Part shown: one piece after another, positions 52,707 to 63,267 of the stretch
Layout of the letters: each line of letters begins with the position of its first letter
Numbering within the stretch: the stretch's first letter is position 1
NCBI RefSeq assembly: GCF_947488135.1
Contig: NZ_CANKYW010000011.1
Span: forward strand, 2,206 to 66,205
Direction: 5' to 3'
Origin: an uncultured Marivita sp.
GTDB taxonomy: Bacteria > Pseudomonadota > Alphaproteobacteria > Rhodobacterales > Rhodobacteraceae
Length of the DNA: 64,000 nucleotides
Program-made: the position numbers and the translations under genes
The notes under the pieces: generated by a model
Told to the model about the DNA's origin: nothing
The model's database searches: none
The model's input: only the letters and a program-made list of their open reading frames with translations

Positions 52707-53720
52707 TCACTCGCTGATCAGGCCGTTTTCACGAAGATAACCGGTCAGCGTGTCGAACACCATTTTGGCGTTCTCCGACCCGTCTGCGACGGTTTCCCAC
52801 TCGCCCATCGCGATCGAACGGAAGGCAGCGCGTTCTTCGGCTGGCCAATCGTGGACCGTCACCGAGCCAGACGCTTCGGCTTCCGCAACCGCGGCCTCGT
52901 CGGCCTCGCGCAGTGCCGCGACCTGCATGTCCGCAAAAGCCTCGACGCTTTCGATCATGACCTGCTGCAGGTCCTCGGGCATCTCGTTGAAGCGCTCGCG
53001 GTTCATCGAGACCTCGACGAGCGGCATCGAGTGGAAGCCCGGGTAGACCGGATGGCTGGCCACGTCATGCAGACCCTGCGCCTGGTTGGTCGAAAAGACA
53101 GAGTAATCCGCAGCGTCGATCACACCCTTGTCGAGCGAGGTAAAGACCTCTGAACCCGGGAGATTGACCGGAGCCGCACCGGCGGCGGCGAAGACCTGCT
53201 GCACAAGACCTTCTGGCGCACGCATCCGCAATCCCTCGAGATCAGCAACGCCGTCCAGCGGAACGTCGGAGACGAAAGCCTCCAGGCCCGGCGTCGTGGC
53301 GCCAAGGAATTTCAAACCGTAGGGTTCCAACAGGCCGTCCATCATCTCACCGCCCGGACCTTCGCGCATGAAGGCGAACATTTCCTCCGGTGCGGACCAA
53401 GCGCCAACTGGGTTCGCGATCAGGCCGAAGGCGGGATCCTTGCCAGCGAAGTAGGACGTATCGGTGATATGACCGTCGAGCAGACCCGCCGCGATGGCAT
53501 CCTGCGTTTCGGTATGCGCCACGATCGACTCGACCGGCAACAATTCAACCGACACGCGGCCATCCGACATTTCGGAAACCATTTCGGTCCACTGCTGCTG
53601 AAGCTCGAAGTTCGGGTTGCCCGCCGGATCAGACGATTGGAAGCGCAGCTCGAAATCCTGCGAGAGCGCGCCGGTGGCGGCAAGTGCCGCGACTGCCGTG
53701 GTGAGAATGAATGTCTTCAT
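52707..53720 (-). CDS. dctP: TRAP transporter substrate-binding protein
   Basis: 337 aa. Signal peptide MKTFILTTAVAALAATGALS. Confidence 0.85.
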   Translation of the reverse strand: MKTFILTTAVAALAATGALSQDFELRFQSSDPAGNPNFELQQQWTEMVSEMSDGRVSVELLPVESIVAHTETQDAIAAGLLDGHITDTSYFAGKDPAFGLIANPVGAWSAPEEMFAFMREGPGGEMMDGLLEPYGLKFLGATTPGLEAFVSDVPLDGVADLEGLRMRAPEGLVQQVFAAAGAAPVNLPGSEVFTSLDKGVIDAADYSVFSTNQAQGLHDVASHPVYPGFHSMPLVEVSMNRERFNEMPEDLQQVMIESVEAFADMQVAALREADEAAVAEAEASGSVTVHDWPAEERAAFRSIAMGEWETVADGSENAKMVFDTLTGYLRENGLISE

Positions 53721-53737
53721 GAGGTTTCTCCCTTTAA

Positions 53738-54268
53738 TCAGGTTACGCGTTGGAGATGCCGACGCCTGATTTCGTCGGCAGCATTTCGGGCGATTTGATC
53801 GACCGGTGATTGGATATCGAGGATAACCGGGGACTCGTCGGCACCCGGTGGTTCAAGATCGGCGAGCTGGCTGTCGAGAAGCCCCGGCCGCATGTAGTGG
53901 CCACGTCGATTCGCAAGCCGCTCTGAGATGACGGAATGCGGTGCGGTCAGGTACACGATCTCGAACGGACCGCCACGCCGCCGCAGCGTGTCCCGGTAGC
54001 TTAACTTGAGAGCCGAACAGGCAAGCACGACCGGCCCGTTCACCCGCTCCTCGGCCAGACTGTCGCCCAGGGCGTCGAGCCAGGGTTGCCGCATCTCGTC
54101 GGTCAGGGGGATGCCCTGTGACATTGCAGAGATATTTTCCTTCGGATGATAGTCGTCCGCCTCCAAATATGTCGCGCCAATTTGTTCGGCGAGCCGGGCA
54201 GCAACGCTCGACTTGCCTGAACCACACACACCCATCACGAGAACGGCAGGATTGATCATGTCTATCAT
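53738..54268 (-). CDS. gntK: Gluconokinase
   Basis: 176 aa. VMGVCGSGKSSVA P-loop. GIPLTDEMRQPWL, VLACSALK. Confidence 0.85.
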   Translation of the reverse strand: MIDMINPAVLVMGVCGSGKSSVAARLAEQIGATYLEADDYHPKENISAMSQGIPLTDEMRQPWLDALGDSLAEERVNGPVVLACSALKLSYRDTLRRRGGPFEIVYLTAPHSVISERLANRRGHYMRPGLLDSQLADLEPPGADESPVILDIQSPVDQIARNAADEIRRRHLQRVT

Positions 54269-54376
54269 TCCGCCGCCTCCCTGTTCGCCGGTGTCTGATC
54301 GCTCCTAGGGGCTAATGGCAGCGCTATCATTTGTCAATTACTTGTCAGATTTACTTTACGTGGTAACATAAACCTT

Positions 54377-55396
54377 ATGAATAAAAGGGTTCGATCAAGT
54401 GGGCGGCCAACGCTGACGGATGTCGCAGCGAAAGCTGGTGTTAGCGCGATCACTGCGAGTCGTGCGCTACGGGACCCACAAAAGGTAAGCGCGCGCACGC
54501 GCGCAGAGGTGGAACGCGCCGTGCGCGCGCTCGGCTATGAACGCGATCCGGTCGCATCCATCCTCGCGTCTGGTCGCTCCGACACGGTGGGTCTCGTTAT
54601 CCCGTCGGTCACAAACAACGTCTTTGCCGACCTGCTGCGCGGCGTCTTCGATGCTCTTGACGGGACAAATCCGGTCCAGATCGGTAACTTCCGCTATTCA
54701 CCGCTGGCCGAAGAAAAACTCCTCGCGACCTTCAGGTCGCAGCGGCCTGCGGGGCTCATCGTGGCTGGGACGGATCAGTCGCCGGAGGGCCGCGCGATCC
54801 TCGAGGACATGGGCTGCCCGATCGTGCAAGTCATGGATGTCAGCGACGATCCGGTGGATATGCTGGTCGGGATCGACCATCACGCCGCTGCGGGCCTGGC
54901 GGCCCGGCATCTGGCCGAGATGGGCTATCGTCGGCCAGGGATCCTGACCGCCCGGATGGACCCGCGCACCCGCAAACGCGCAGCGGGCTTCGAGGCGGCC
55001 GCGACTGGCTTCGATTCCCATCGCCGTGTCACCACACCTGCTCCGTCTTCGGTACAACTCGGCGGCCGGATGCTGGTAGATCTTCTGTCGAGCGCACCGG
55101 ATACGGACGCGGTGTTCTGCATCAACGACGACCTCGCGCTCGGCGCGCTGTTCGAGGCGCAACGCATGGGGCTGTCGGTCCCCGACCAGTTCGGGATCAT
55201 CGGCTTCAACGATCTGGAATTCGCTGCCGCCGCCGAACCGGGGCTGAGCTCTGTCTACACGCCACGCGCCGAAATGGGGCGGCGTGCCGCTGAACTGATC
55301 CTGTCGCGCCTGCGCGGCGAAAGCCACGAAACACCAATTCGGCTGGACTGCGCGCTGCGCCCGCGCGCCTCAACCGCCCGGGGCAAGATGAAATGA
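54377..55396 (+). CDS. LacI-family transcriptional regulator
   Basis: 339 aa. HTH PTLTDVAAKAGVSAITASRAL. Periplasmic-binding-fold C-domain. Divergent from gntK. Confidence 0.9.
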   Translation: MNKRVRSSGRPTLTDVAAKAGVSAITASRALRDPQKVSARTRAEVERAVRALGYERDPVASILASGRSDTVGLVIPSVTNNVFADLLRGVFDALDGTNPVQIGNFRYSPLAEEKLLATFRSQRPAGLIVAGTDQSPEGRAILEDMGCPIVQVMDVSDDPVDMLVGIDHHAAAGLAARHLAEMGYRRPGILTARMDPRTRKRAAGFEAAATGFDSHRRVTTPAPSSVQLGGRMLVDLLSSAPDTDAVFCINDDLALGALFEAQRMGLSVPDQFGIIGFNDLEFAAAAEPGLSSVYTPRAEMGRRAAELILSRLRGESHETPIRLDCALRPRASTARGKMK

Positions 55397-55599
55397 AAAT
55401 CACGGGCTCTGGGTGGAGGTACATACCGATGCGGGCCTCATTGGGCAGGACCCGCTCCGGATCGAGGCTATCGCGCGCAACCTGACGGGATACCTGTATT
55501 TCGGCACGGCCGGGGCGGAGGTGCGGGAAAACTCTGCCATCGATATCGCGCTGTGGGACACTTCGGGTTTTGAGTATGCCCATAGCTCAACGAGAGCTA
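55393..55599 (+). pseudogene. Eroded N-terminal remnant of an enolase-superfamily (MR/MLE-type) dehydratase
   Basis: MKIT.. in one frame, then VEVHTDAGLIGQDPLRIEAI...AIDIALWD in another. Expected intervening segments are missing. Ends at the IS630 junction. Confidence 0.45.
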
Positions 55600-56653
55600 A
55601 AGCGTCACGCCTTTAACCCGAGACATATCCAGCAGCCTTGAAGTAGTTCCAACATTCTTGCTCCGAGTAGAGGTCGCAGACATGGCCGATTGCTTTGAAC
55701 ATTTCGGTGAATGTCCTCGCGCCGATCCGTCTGAGTTTGGCCTTGAGCTTAGAGAAGGCGATTTCAATGGGGTTGAGGTCGGGGCTGTAGGGCGGCAGGA
55801 ACAGGAACCAACACCCTGCATCCCTCATCGCCCTGGTTGCGGCGGCGTTCTTGTGCGTGGCCAGGTTGTCCAGAATGACCACGGTGCCGGGGGTCAATTC
55901 CGGGACCAGCACTTTCTCGACATAGGCCGCTAAGGCGGGACCATCCATTGCCCCCTTGATGACCCAGGGTGCGATCATGGCATCGGCGGTGAGCCCCGCG
56001 ATGAAGGTTTGTGTCCCCCACGACCCGAATGGGGCGTCCATGACCAAGCGATCCCCACGCGGTGCCCATCCCCGCAACCGGGTCATGTTCGTCTTCACGG
56101 ACGTTTCGTCAATGAAGACAACGCGTTCTGGGTGCGCTGACACAGCCGGGATACGGTGCCTGAACCAGTCATCGCGCTGCCGCCTTACCTTAGTGCGGCG
56201 ACGCTCGGCAGCTACCAGCGACTTTTTTTGTGCGTGTAGCCGAGCTTGCGAAGGAACTTTCCGATCGCGTTCGGGTGCGCGCACACACCGGTCGCGTCGT
56301 GCAAGGCAGACGCCAGTTCCGGCATCGTGATGTCGCGGTCCTGCGCAATGACCTCGGCGAAGAAGGCGCGATGCGGGTCAAGCTTGCCCTTGCCTTTGGG
56401 CCGACCTTGCGGCGCAGCTTGGGCCTGACCTGTCCGGCGGATCGCCTGCCCCCAACGCGCCCCAGTGGCAGGCGACACCTTCAGCCGCAACGCTGCCGCA
56501 CGCCCGCTTAACCCTTCTTCAATCAATCTCTGAAACCGCGCCCGAGGAGCTTCCGGTAAAGGTGCCGACATGATCCATCCTCCCAAAAAGGATGAATCAC
56601 AATTCAGCTCTCATGGGAATCCCAACGATTCAGGTTTTTGGCGGGGCGCTTTA
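55598..56653 (-). mobile_element. IS630-family insertion sequence with TA target duplication
   Basis: TA at 55598-55599 and at 56652-56653. Imperfect terminal IRs AAGCGTCACGCCTTTAACC / AAGCGCCCCGCCAAAAACC (14 of 19 identical). Single frameshifted DDE transposase inside. Confidence 0.8.
55613..56571 (-). CDS. IS630-family transposase (two frames joined by -1 frameshift on A7)
   Basis: orfA HTH part starts at ATG 56571. Slippery A AAA AAG sits at the T7 run 56223-56229. The orfB DDE part contains VVFIDETS, VILDNLATHK, PPYSPDLNPIE. Confidence 0.8.
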
Positions 56654-56689
56654 GCGGTAAATTTGATGATCCGCGAGCATCAAAAAAAT

Positions 56690-57124
56690 CACGCCCTTGC
56701 GCAAGATGAAGCAGCCGAAGGGACGATCTTCGCTGCACTGGACAATCGCAAAACCTGTCCGCGCGCGCCTTTAGAACGCCTGACGCTCGAGGCTTACCAA
56801 GACGCCACCGTCCGGCAAGCGCGGTGTCAGAAGATCCCACACTGCCCAATGGACGTCGGACAGGGCGTCGGGTTCATTGTCAATCTCCATACGCAGCGCC
56901 GAATGGGTGTGGAAATTGTCTAGTGGCATGAGTTGGGTGATCAGGTCAGCCACCGTGGTCGCGTCATGGCCGGGGTATTGAATCACGTCGGTGACAAGAC
57001 ATCCTGCTGCCGACCATGTTGCCGGATAGTTGCGGTCCGCAATCACGATCTCGTCGCCATGTCCCATCCGGGCAAGTGTATAGGGCAATTCGGGCGTCGT
57101 GCGAGGGTCGAGTCCGATCAGCAT
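56690..57124 (-). pseudogene. RbsD/FucU-family mutarotase with in-frame TAA
   Basis: MGHGDEIVIADRNYP motif. TAA at 56771-56773 replaces the conserved Tyr of ..FAFYERA... The same frame continues RRARTGFAIVQCSEDRPFGCFILRKGV, which matches the FucU C-terminus. Confidence 0.65.
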
Positions 57125-57183
57125 GTTCGTTCTCCGAACGGGATGTAGGCCGGCCCCGCGTTTGCAAGGCCGGAGCAGTTAGT

Positions 57184-58224
57184 TCAACGGGCCGGCAGGG
57201 GCATCCAGTCGGCCATTGCCACATCGGCATGCTGAAATTGCGGCATCTTGGACCCAAGGTCTTCCATGTTGCGGATGTCGTTGTCGTTCAGGAACGTCTG
57301 CGTGATAAGTGTTGGCGGAACTATCACTGACGCTCCGGGCTTTTCACCTGCAAGCATCAGTGCCAAAGCACGCACTGAAACCTCGCCCACCACAGCGGGG
57401 TTGGTTGCTACGGTCGCTTTCCAACCGCTCCCGGCTTCGCGCATCAAAGCGATGTCTGCAGTCGATATATCGGCGGAATAGATGCTCAGGTCTCCACCGA
57501 TGCCCAGCTCGTCTGCGGCGATCTTCACCCCCTTGGCGAACTCGTTATAGGGCGCGAAGAACACCGAGATGTTCGGATTGGCCTGCAACGCCGCGCGCGC
57601 CTGGTTGGCGTTGGCATTGGCGATCGGGTTGTCGAGCGTGCCGATGCGGGCTGCCTCGGTGATGCCGGGATTGGCTTTCTTCACCTCTTCCCATGCGACA
57701 TGCCGCCGATCCAGCGGGGCGATGCCCGGAACGTAGACATAGCCTGCGGCAAAGTTGTCGCCGTTATCCGCGATGGCCTGTTCCAGTGCCAGTTTGCCCA
57801 GCAGGTAATCGGACTGTTCGATCTGCGGGATGGCGTCGTTTTCGACGTTCACGTCGAACGCCACGACCTTGATCCCGGCGTCTACCGCCCGCTGCGCGGC
57901 TTCGCGCATGGATTCGGTCAGGCCGTGCTGGATGATGATCCCGTCCACGCCAAGCGCGATGGCCTGATCGACCATGTCGGCCTGAAGCGCCGCATCCTGA
58001 CGGCTGTCGAGCACGCGCAGGTTGACGCCAAGCGCCGCCGCCTGGCTTTCCACGCCGGACAGATAGGCCTGGAAGAAGTCTCCCGTGGAAAGGTACCGCA
58101 CCAGCGCGATGGTCACGTCGCCGGGATTGTCCAATGGTGCAGGGGCGTCCTGCGCTGTTGCCGCGCCCGCGCCAAGCGCGAGGCTTGCCACGCTCGCAAG
58201 GGCCATGAAGTGACGTCTCAGCAT
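57184..58224 (-). CDS. Sugar ABC transporter substrate-binding protein (ribose-binding-protein fold)
   Basis: 346 aa. Signal peptide. Type I periplasmic binding fold. Confidence 0.85.
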   Translation of the reverse strand: MLRRHFMALASVASLALGAGAATAQDAPAPLDNPGDVTIALVRYLSTGDFFQAYLSGVESQAAALGVNLRVLDSRQDAALQADMVDQAIALGVDGIIIQHGLTESMREAAQRAVDAGIKVVAFDVNVENDAIPQIEQSDYLLGKLALEQAIADNGDNFAAGYVYVPGIAPLDRRHVAWEEVKKANPGITEAARIGTLDNPIANANANQARAALQANPNISVFFAPYNEFAKGVKIAADELGIGGDLSIYSADISTADIALMREAGSGWKATVATNPAVVGEVSVRALALMLAGEKPGASVIVPPTLITQTFLNDNDIRNMEDLGSKMPQFQHADVAMADWMPLPAR

Positions 58225-58249
58225 ATCGAGTCCTCCCTATCGCTGATGA

Positions 58250-59260
58250 TCAATGCCTCGTGCCGGTACGGCGCGAGGACAGGTAAAATGTGAACACAAG
58301 GGCGCCGACAAGAACGGCCCCCTTGACGAAATCCTGGGTGTAATAGGGCGCGTTCATCATGGTCATTCCTTGCAGCAGGATGCCGACGAACAGCGCCCCC
58401 ATTGCGGTGCCGAAGGCGTTGGGCCGGGCCGCGCCCAGAACCGCGAAACCGATGAGCGCGGCCGCCACGCTGTCGAGCAGCAGGTTGTTGCCGCTGGCGA
58501 TATCGCCCCGCCCCAGCCGCGCCGCCAAAAGGATGCCCCCGATCGAGGCGGTGACGCCGGAAATCATGTAGGCCACGACCTTGTAGCGGTTGACCGGCGT
58601 CCCCACGAGGCTTGCCGCGCGGGCGTTCGACCCGATGGCGTACATCAGCCGCCCATGCCGGGTGAAGCCAAGGAACAGCCAGATCAGCACGGCGATGGCG
58701 ACAAAGATCACCACCGGCATCGGCAACAGCCGGTCGATGACCACGTCGAACCGATGACGGCCCAGCCACAGGAAGGCCGCCGAGAACGTGCCTTCGGCCA
58801 CGGTGCCGTCCGTCAGCGTCATGCCGGTGGCGATGGAGTTGCCCTGGGTCGGGATGCGTTGCAGCCCGATCAGCAGGAACATCATGCCCAGCGTCGCCAA
58901 CAGGTCGGGCACCCGGAATTTCACGATGAGCAGCCCGTTGATGAACCCGACCAGCGCGCCCATGCCAAGGCAAAGGGTAACCGCGACAATAGCAGGATGT
59001 TCAAGGATCACCATCGAATAGGCCGACAGCATCAGTGCCGATGTCGCCACTGCACCAATGGACAGGTCGAACCCGCCGACGACAAGCGTACAGGTCACAC
59101 CCAGCGCCAGGATGCCGGTGATCGCCACCGATTGCAGCACGAACGCGGCGGATAGCGGGCCGAAGAAGCCCGGTGCGGCGATGCTGAAATAGACGATCAG
59201 CCCGAAAAGCAGGATCAGGAAGCCATAGCGAATGGAAAAATTGAGGATCTTGTCGTTCAT
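58250..59260 (-). CDS. Sugar ABC transporter permease (RbsC-like)
   Basis: 336 aa, about 10 TM helices. Confidence 0.85.
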   Translation of the reverse strand: MNDKILNFSIRYGFLILLFGLIVYFSIAAPGFFGPLSAAFVLQSVAITGILALGVTCTLVVGGFDLSIGAVATSALMLSAYSMVILEHPAIVAVTLCLGMGALVGFINGLLIVKFRVPDLLATLGMMFLLIGLQRIPTQGNSIATGMTLTDGTVAEGTFSAAFLWLGRHRFDVVIDRLLPMPVVIFVAIAVLIWLFLGFTRHGRLMYAIGSNARAASLVGTPVNRYKVVAYMISGVTASIGGILLAARLGRGDIASGNNLLLDSVAAALIGFAVLGAARPNAFGTAMGALFVGILLQGMTMMNAPYYTQDFVKGAVLVGALVFTFYLSSRRTGTRH

Positions 59261-60774
59261 GGTGCCGGGCCTGCTGCGGTCGGTCTGGCCCCGGAGATGT
59301 CCGAGACCAGCGCGGCGAGGTCGACATTCCGATTGGCGTGTTCCCCGACGATTGCGCCTTCGTTCATCACAACGATGCGGTCGGCGATTTCCAGCGCCTC
59401 GTCGATCTCGGCAAGAAAAACCAGCGTAGCACGCCCTTGTGCCGTGGCGCGGATGTGCCGCCCGATGTCGCGTCGCGCGCCGATATCCACGCCCTGAAAC
59501 GGCTCGTCCAGCAACAGCACCCTGGCCGGTTCCAGCAGCCAGCGGGCGATCATCACTTTCTGCTGGTTGCCGCCCGACAGAGTGTTGATGCCATCGCCGA
59601 CCGATTGGCAGACGATGCCCAACTGATCCACCATCCCCTGCGCCGTGTTGCGTTGCTGGCGGGGTTTCAGGAACGATCCGATGCTCAGGCCGCGCAGGAA
59701 GGGCAGGGTCATGTTGTCGGCGATGTCGAAGGCCGGGATCACTGCATTCGTGGCCCGGTCCTTGGGCGACATGAACACCCCTTGCGCCACCGCGTCCTCG
59801 ACGGAACGGGGCGCATAGTGTTGACCATTGATACGGATCTCTCCGCCGTGAGACGGCGCGATGCCGAACAGGATCTCGGCGAGGCGGCTTTTGCCGCTGC
59901 CCAGCAATCCGACAAGCGCCACCACGTCCCCGTCATGCGCCGTCAGGCTGATCGGGGCCGCGCCGTCGAACAGCTGCAGATCGTGCAGTTCAAGCACCGG
60001 CGTGCTGCCGTTTTGCACCGCGACATCGACCTCGGTCATGCGGTGGCCCAGCATCGCGGTCACCGCCGCCTCGTAATCCAGCGGCTTGGTCTCGAACACA
60101 CCCGAAACCGCGCCGTCGCGCATCACCACGATGCAGTCTGCGATGCGGCGGATGTCGGACATGCGGTGCGAGATATAAAGGATCGCCACACCCTGCGCGC
60201 GCAACCGGTCGATCAGGGCGAAAAGCCGGTCTGCCTCCGTCGCGGAAAGCGACGATGTCGGTTCATCCAGGATCAGCACCTGGGGCGCGCGGGCCATGGC
60301 GCGGGCGATGGCGATCATCTGGCGGTCGGCGACCGCCAGGTCCGACACACGTGCGCGCAGATTCACGTCGATGCCCATCGCTGCGGCAACCTTGGCCGCT
60401 TCGGCGCGCAGGTGGCGTTCACGCACGAACAGCCCGTGACCGCGTTCGACCAGACGGTCGAGCATCAGGTTGTTGGCCACGTCCAGATCGGGGATCACAC
60501 CGTCGTCGATGGATTGGTGGACGGTCACGACCCCCTTGCGGATCGCGTCGGCGGCATCTTCCGGCTCGAATGCCGTTCCGGCTAACGTCATGGTCCCGCC
60601 ATCGCCGCGATGATGGCCGCAGATCACCTTGACCAGAGTGGATTTCCCGGCACCATTTGCGCCCATGAGAACGGTCACCGACCCCGGTGACAGGGTCAGG
60701 TCGATTCCCCGCAACACATGGTTTTTTCCGAACGATTTTTGCAATCCGTTCACTTTGAGTGCGTCACCGGCCAC
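59257..60774 (-). CDS. Sugar ABC transporter ATP-binding protein (two cassettes, RbsA-like)
   Basis: Two ABC cassettes (GANGAGKST; SGGNQQKV). GTG 60774 is preferred (GGGGAG RBS 6 nt upstream). The track ORF extends to 60864. Confidence 0.85.
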   Translation of the reverse strand: MAGDALKVNGLQKSFGKNHVLRGIDLTLSPGSVTVLMGANGAGKSTLVKVICGHHRGDGGTMTLAGTAFEPEDAADAIRKGVVTVHQSIDDGVIPDLDVANNLMLDRLVERGHGLFVRERHLRAEAAKVAAAMGIDVNLRARVSDLAVADRQMIAIARAMARAPQVLILDEPTSSLSATEADRLFALIDRLRAQGVAILYISHRMSDIRRIADCIVVMRDGAVSGVFETKPLDYEAAVTAMLGHRMTEVDVAVQNGSTPVLELHDLQLFDGAAPISLTAHDGDVVALVGLLGSGKSRLAEILFGIAPSHGGEIRINGQHYAPRSVEDAVAQGVFMSPKDRATNAVIPAFDIADNMTLPFLRGLSIGSFLKPRQQRNTAQGMVDQLGIVCQSVGDGINTLSGGNQQKVMIARWLLEPARVLLLDEPFQGVDIGARRDIGRHIRATAQGRATLVFLAEIDEALEIADRIVVMNEGAIVGEHANRNVDLAALVSDISGARPTAAGPAP

Positions 60775-60904
60775 CCGTTTTCTCCCCTTGGTGGCGCGAC
60801 GGTAGGCGTGGCGGAATACATTTGTCAAATGATTTGACATAAGTATAATCGCGGGGATACGCAAAGACGAAACAGCGCGTCAGAGCAAGCGGGGGAGGTC
60901 ACTG

Positions 60905-62164
60905 ATGAGCGCAGGCACGGCGTATGAATCCCTGAGCGTGGACACATTGCCGGAGCGGCTGAAGGCCGTTTCCGCCCTGGCGGACCACGTCGGAGAGGAC
61001 GCAACCGCGTGGCAGGTTCAGGAGGTCGGGGACGGCAACCTCAACCTTGTCTTCATCGTCACCGGCCCCAAGGGCAAAGCCATCGTCAAGCAGGCCTTGC
61101 CCTATGTGCGCCTTGTCGGCGACAGCTGGCCCTTGCCGCTCTACCGCGCCTTTTTCGAGTATCACGCGCTGACACGTCAGGCCGCCCGCGATCCGGGGTC
61201 GGTGCCAAGGGTCTACCATTTCGACGAGGCGCAGGCGCTCATCATCATGGAGTATCTTGCCCCGCATGTGATCCTGCGCCGCAAGCTGATCGCGGGCGAA
61301 CGGGTGGCCGGGCTGGCGGAATTCCTGGGCCGTTTCTGCGCGCGCACGGCGTTCCGAGGATCGGAGCTGTCACTGGCCAGCGGCGACAAGAAAGCCGATG
61401 TGGCATTGTTCGCAGGCAATGTGGAGATCCCCGCCATCACCGAAGCACTGGTGTTCACCGATCCCTATTTCGATGCCGAGATGAACAGCCATACCACGGG
61501 GCTGGAACCGGTCATCGCCCGGCTGCGCGGCGATGTGGCGCTCAAGGTCAGGGTGCAACAGGCGTTGCAACGGTTCGTGTCGAACACCGAAACCATGCTG
61601 CATGGCGATCTGCATTCCGGCTCGATCATGTCCACGGACAGCGACAGCCGGGTGATCGACCCGGAATTCGTGCAATACGGACCGATGGGGTTCGATATCG
61701 GGATGCTCTGCGCCAATTTCCTGATGGCCTATTTCAGCCAGCCTGCGCATCGCGTGGCTGATCTTGCCGACTATCAGGATTGGATCCTCGGCGTGATCAC
61801 CGACACCTGTTCGGTTTTCGAGGCCGAGTTCCGCCATCTGTGGGCAACCGAACGCACCGGCATTCTCTACCCCGCGTCGCTGTTCGAGGATCAGGGGCAC
61901 GACAGCACCCCGGCCTGCGATGCGGTTCTGAAAGGGTTGTGGCGGGATGCCTGGGCGGTGTGCGGGATCGAGATGCACCGCCGCTGCCTCTCGCTCGCGC
62001 ATAATGCCGATTTCGAAGACATTGCCTATGTCGCGCTGCGGGCCCGGCTTGAGGCGCGCAATCTGATGATGGGGGCCGACCTGATCCATTCGGCCGAAAG
62101 CCTTGCCGGTGCGACGGCTGTGTGCGCACTTGCGCGCGAATATAACGGAAAGGACGTCTTATGA
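60905..62164 (+). CDS. mtnK: 5-methylthioribose kinase-like sugar kinase
   Basis: 419 aa. [28 protein letters not shown]-fold kinase pattern of MtnK. Confidence 0.8.
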   Translation: MSAGTAYESLSVDTLPERLKAVSALADHVGEDATAWQVQEVGDGNLNLVFIVTGPKGKAIVKQALPYVRLVGDSWPLPLYRAFFEYHALTRQAARDPGSVPRVYHFDEAQALIIMEYLAPHVILRRKLIAGERVAGLAEFLGRFCARTAFRGSELSLASGDKKADVALFAGNVEIPAITEALVFTDPYFDAEMNSHTTGLEPVIARLRGDVALKVRVQQALQRFVSNTETMLHGDLHSGSIMSTDSDSRVIDPEFVQYGPMGFDIGMLCANFLMAYFSQPAHRVADLADYQDWILGVITDTCSVFEAEFRHLWATERTGILYPASLFEDQGHDSTPACDAVLKGLWRDAWAVCGIEMHRRCLSLAHNADFEDIAYVALRARLEARNLMMGADLIHSAESLAGATAVCALAREYNGKDVL

Positions 62165-63264
62165 AGATCGACGGCACGCATTACCGGTCGCTGTGGTGGA
62201 ACTCGGACAAGGACGTTCTGGAAATCATCGACCAACGCTGGTTGCCGCATGATTTCCGGGTGATCCCGGTGGCGACGATGCAGGACTTCGCCAATGCAAT
62301 CACCCAGATGCGCGTCCGGGGCGCACCGCTGATCGGGGCGACCGCGGCCTATGGCATGGCGCTCGCGATGGCCGAGGACGCGTCGGATGCCAACATGGAT
62401 GCGGCCTGGACCTTCCTCGAGAAAACCCGCCCCACCGCTATCAATCTGCGATGGGCGCTCGACCGCTGCCGCGCCGTGCTGCGCCCCTTGCCACAGGCCG
62501 ACCGCTCCGCGGCTGCGCTGGCGCTGGCGCATGAGATCTCGGACGAGGATGTGGAGATCAACCGCCGCATCGGCGAAAACGGACTGGCGCTCATCCGCGA
62601 AATCGCCGCGAAGAAGCCGGCGGGCGACGCTGTGCGCCTACTGACCCATTGCAATGCCGGTTGGCTGGCCACGGTGGATTGGGGTACGGCCACGAGTCCG
62701 ATGTACCACGCCCATGACGCAGGCATCCCGCTGCATGTTTGGGTCGATGAAACTCGACCGCGCAACCAGGGCGCGCTGACCGCGTGGGAACTGGGCAAGC
62801 ACGGCGTCCAGCACACTTATATCACCGACAACGCGGGCGGGCATCTGATGCAGCACGGGATGGTCGACATGGTGATCACCGGTACCGACCGCACCACGCG
62901 GCAGGGCGACGTTTGCAACAAAATCGGCACCTATCTCAAGGCGCTAGCTGCACGGGACAACGGCGTTCCGTTCTACGTGGCGCTGCCATCCCCGACGATC
63001 GATTGGACGGTGCGCGACGGCGTGGCCGAGATCCCGATCGAGGAACGCGACGCACAAGAGGTCACCCATGTGCTTGGCGTCACGGAGAGTTGCGAAATCG
63101 GCTCCGTTCAGGTCACGCCCAACGGAACCGTCGGGAGCAACCCGGCCTTTGACGTTACACCTCACCGCCTGGTTACAGGCCTGATCACCGAACGTGGCGT
63201 CTGCGACGCGTCCGAGGCTGGATTGGCGAGTCTCTTCCCGGACTTTGCCAAGGCGGCGGAATAG
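62161..63264 (+). CDS. mtnA: Methylthioribose-1-phosphate isomerase
   Basis: 367 aa. [53 protein letters not shown] overlap with mtnK. Confidence 0.9.
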   Translation: MKIDGTHYRSLWWNSDKDVLEIIDQRWLPHDFRVIPVATMQDFANAITQMRVRGAPLIGATAAYGMALAMAEDASDANMDAAWTFLEKTRPTAINLRWALDRCRAVLRPLPQADRSAAALALAHEISDEDVEINRRIGENGLALIREIAAKKPAGDAVRLLTHCNAGWLATVDWGTATSPMYHAHDAGIPLHVWVDETRPRNQGALTAWELGKHGVQHTYITDNAGGHLMQHGMVDMVITGTDRTTRQGDVCNKIGTYLKALAARDNGVPFYVALPSPTIDWTVRDGVAEIPIEERDAQEVTHVLGVTESCEIGSVQVTPNGTVGSNPAFDVTPHRLVTGLITERGVCDASEAGLASLFPDFAKAAE

Positions 63265-63267
63265 GCC

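Noticed and set aside
55413-55616. 67-aa ORF as a functional small gene.
   Set aside because: It is a fragment of an enolase-superfamily N-domain that reads into the IS630 terminal repeat.
58253-60585. 300-aa and 415-aa plus-strand ORFs antisense to the sugar ABC permease and ATPase.
   Set aside because: These are shadow frames. The minus-strand products carry unambiguous ABC motifs.
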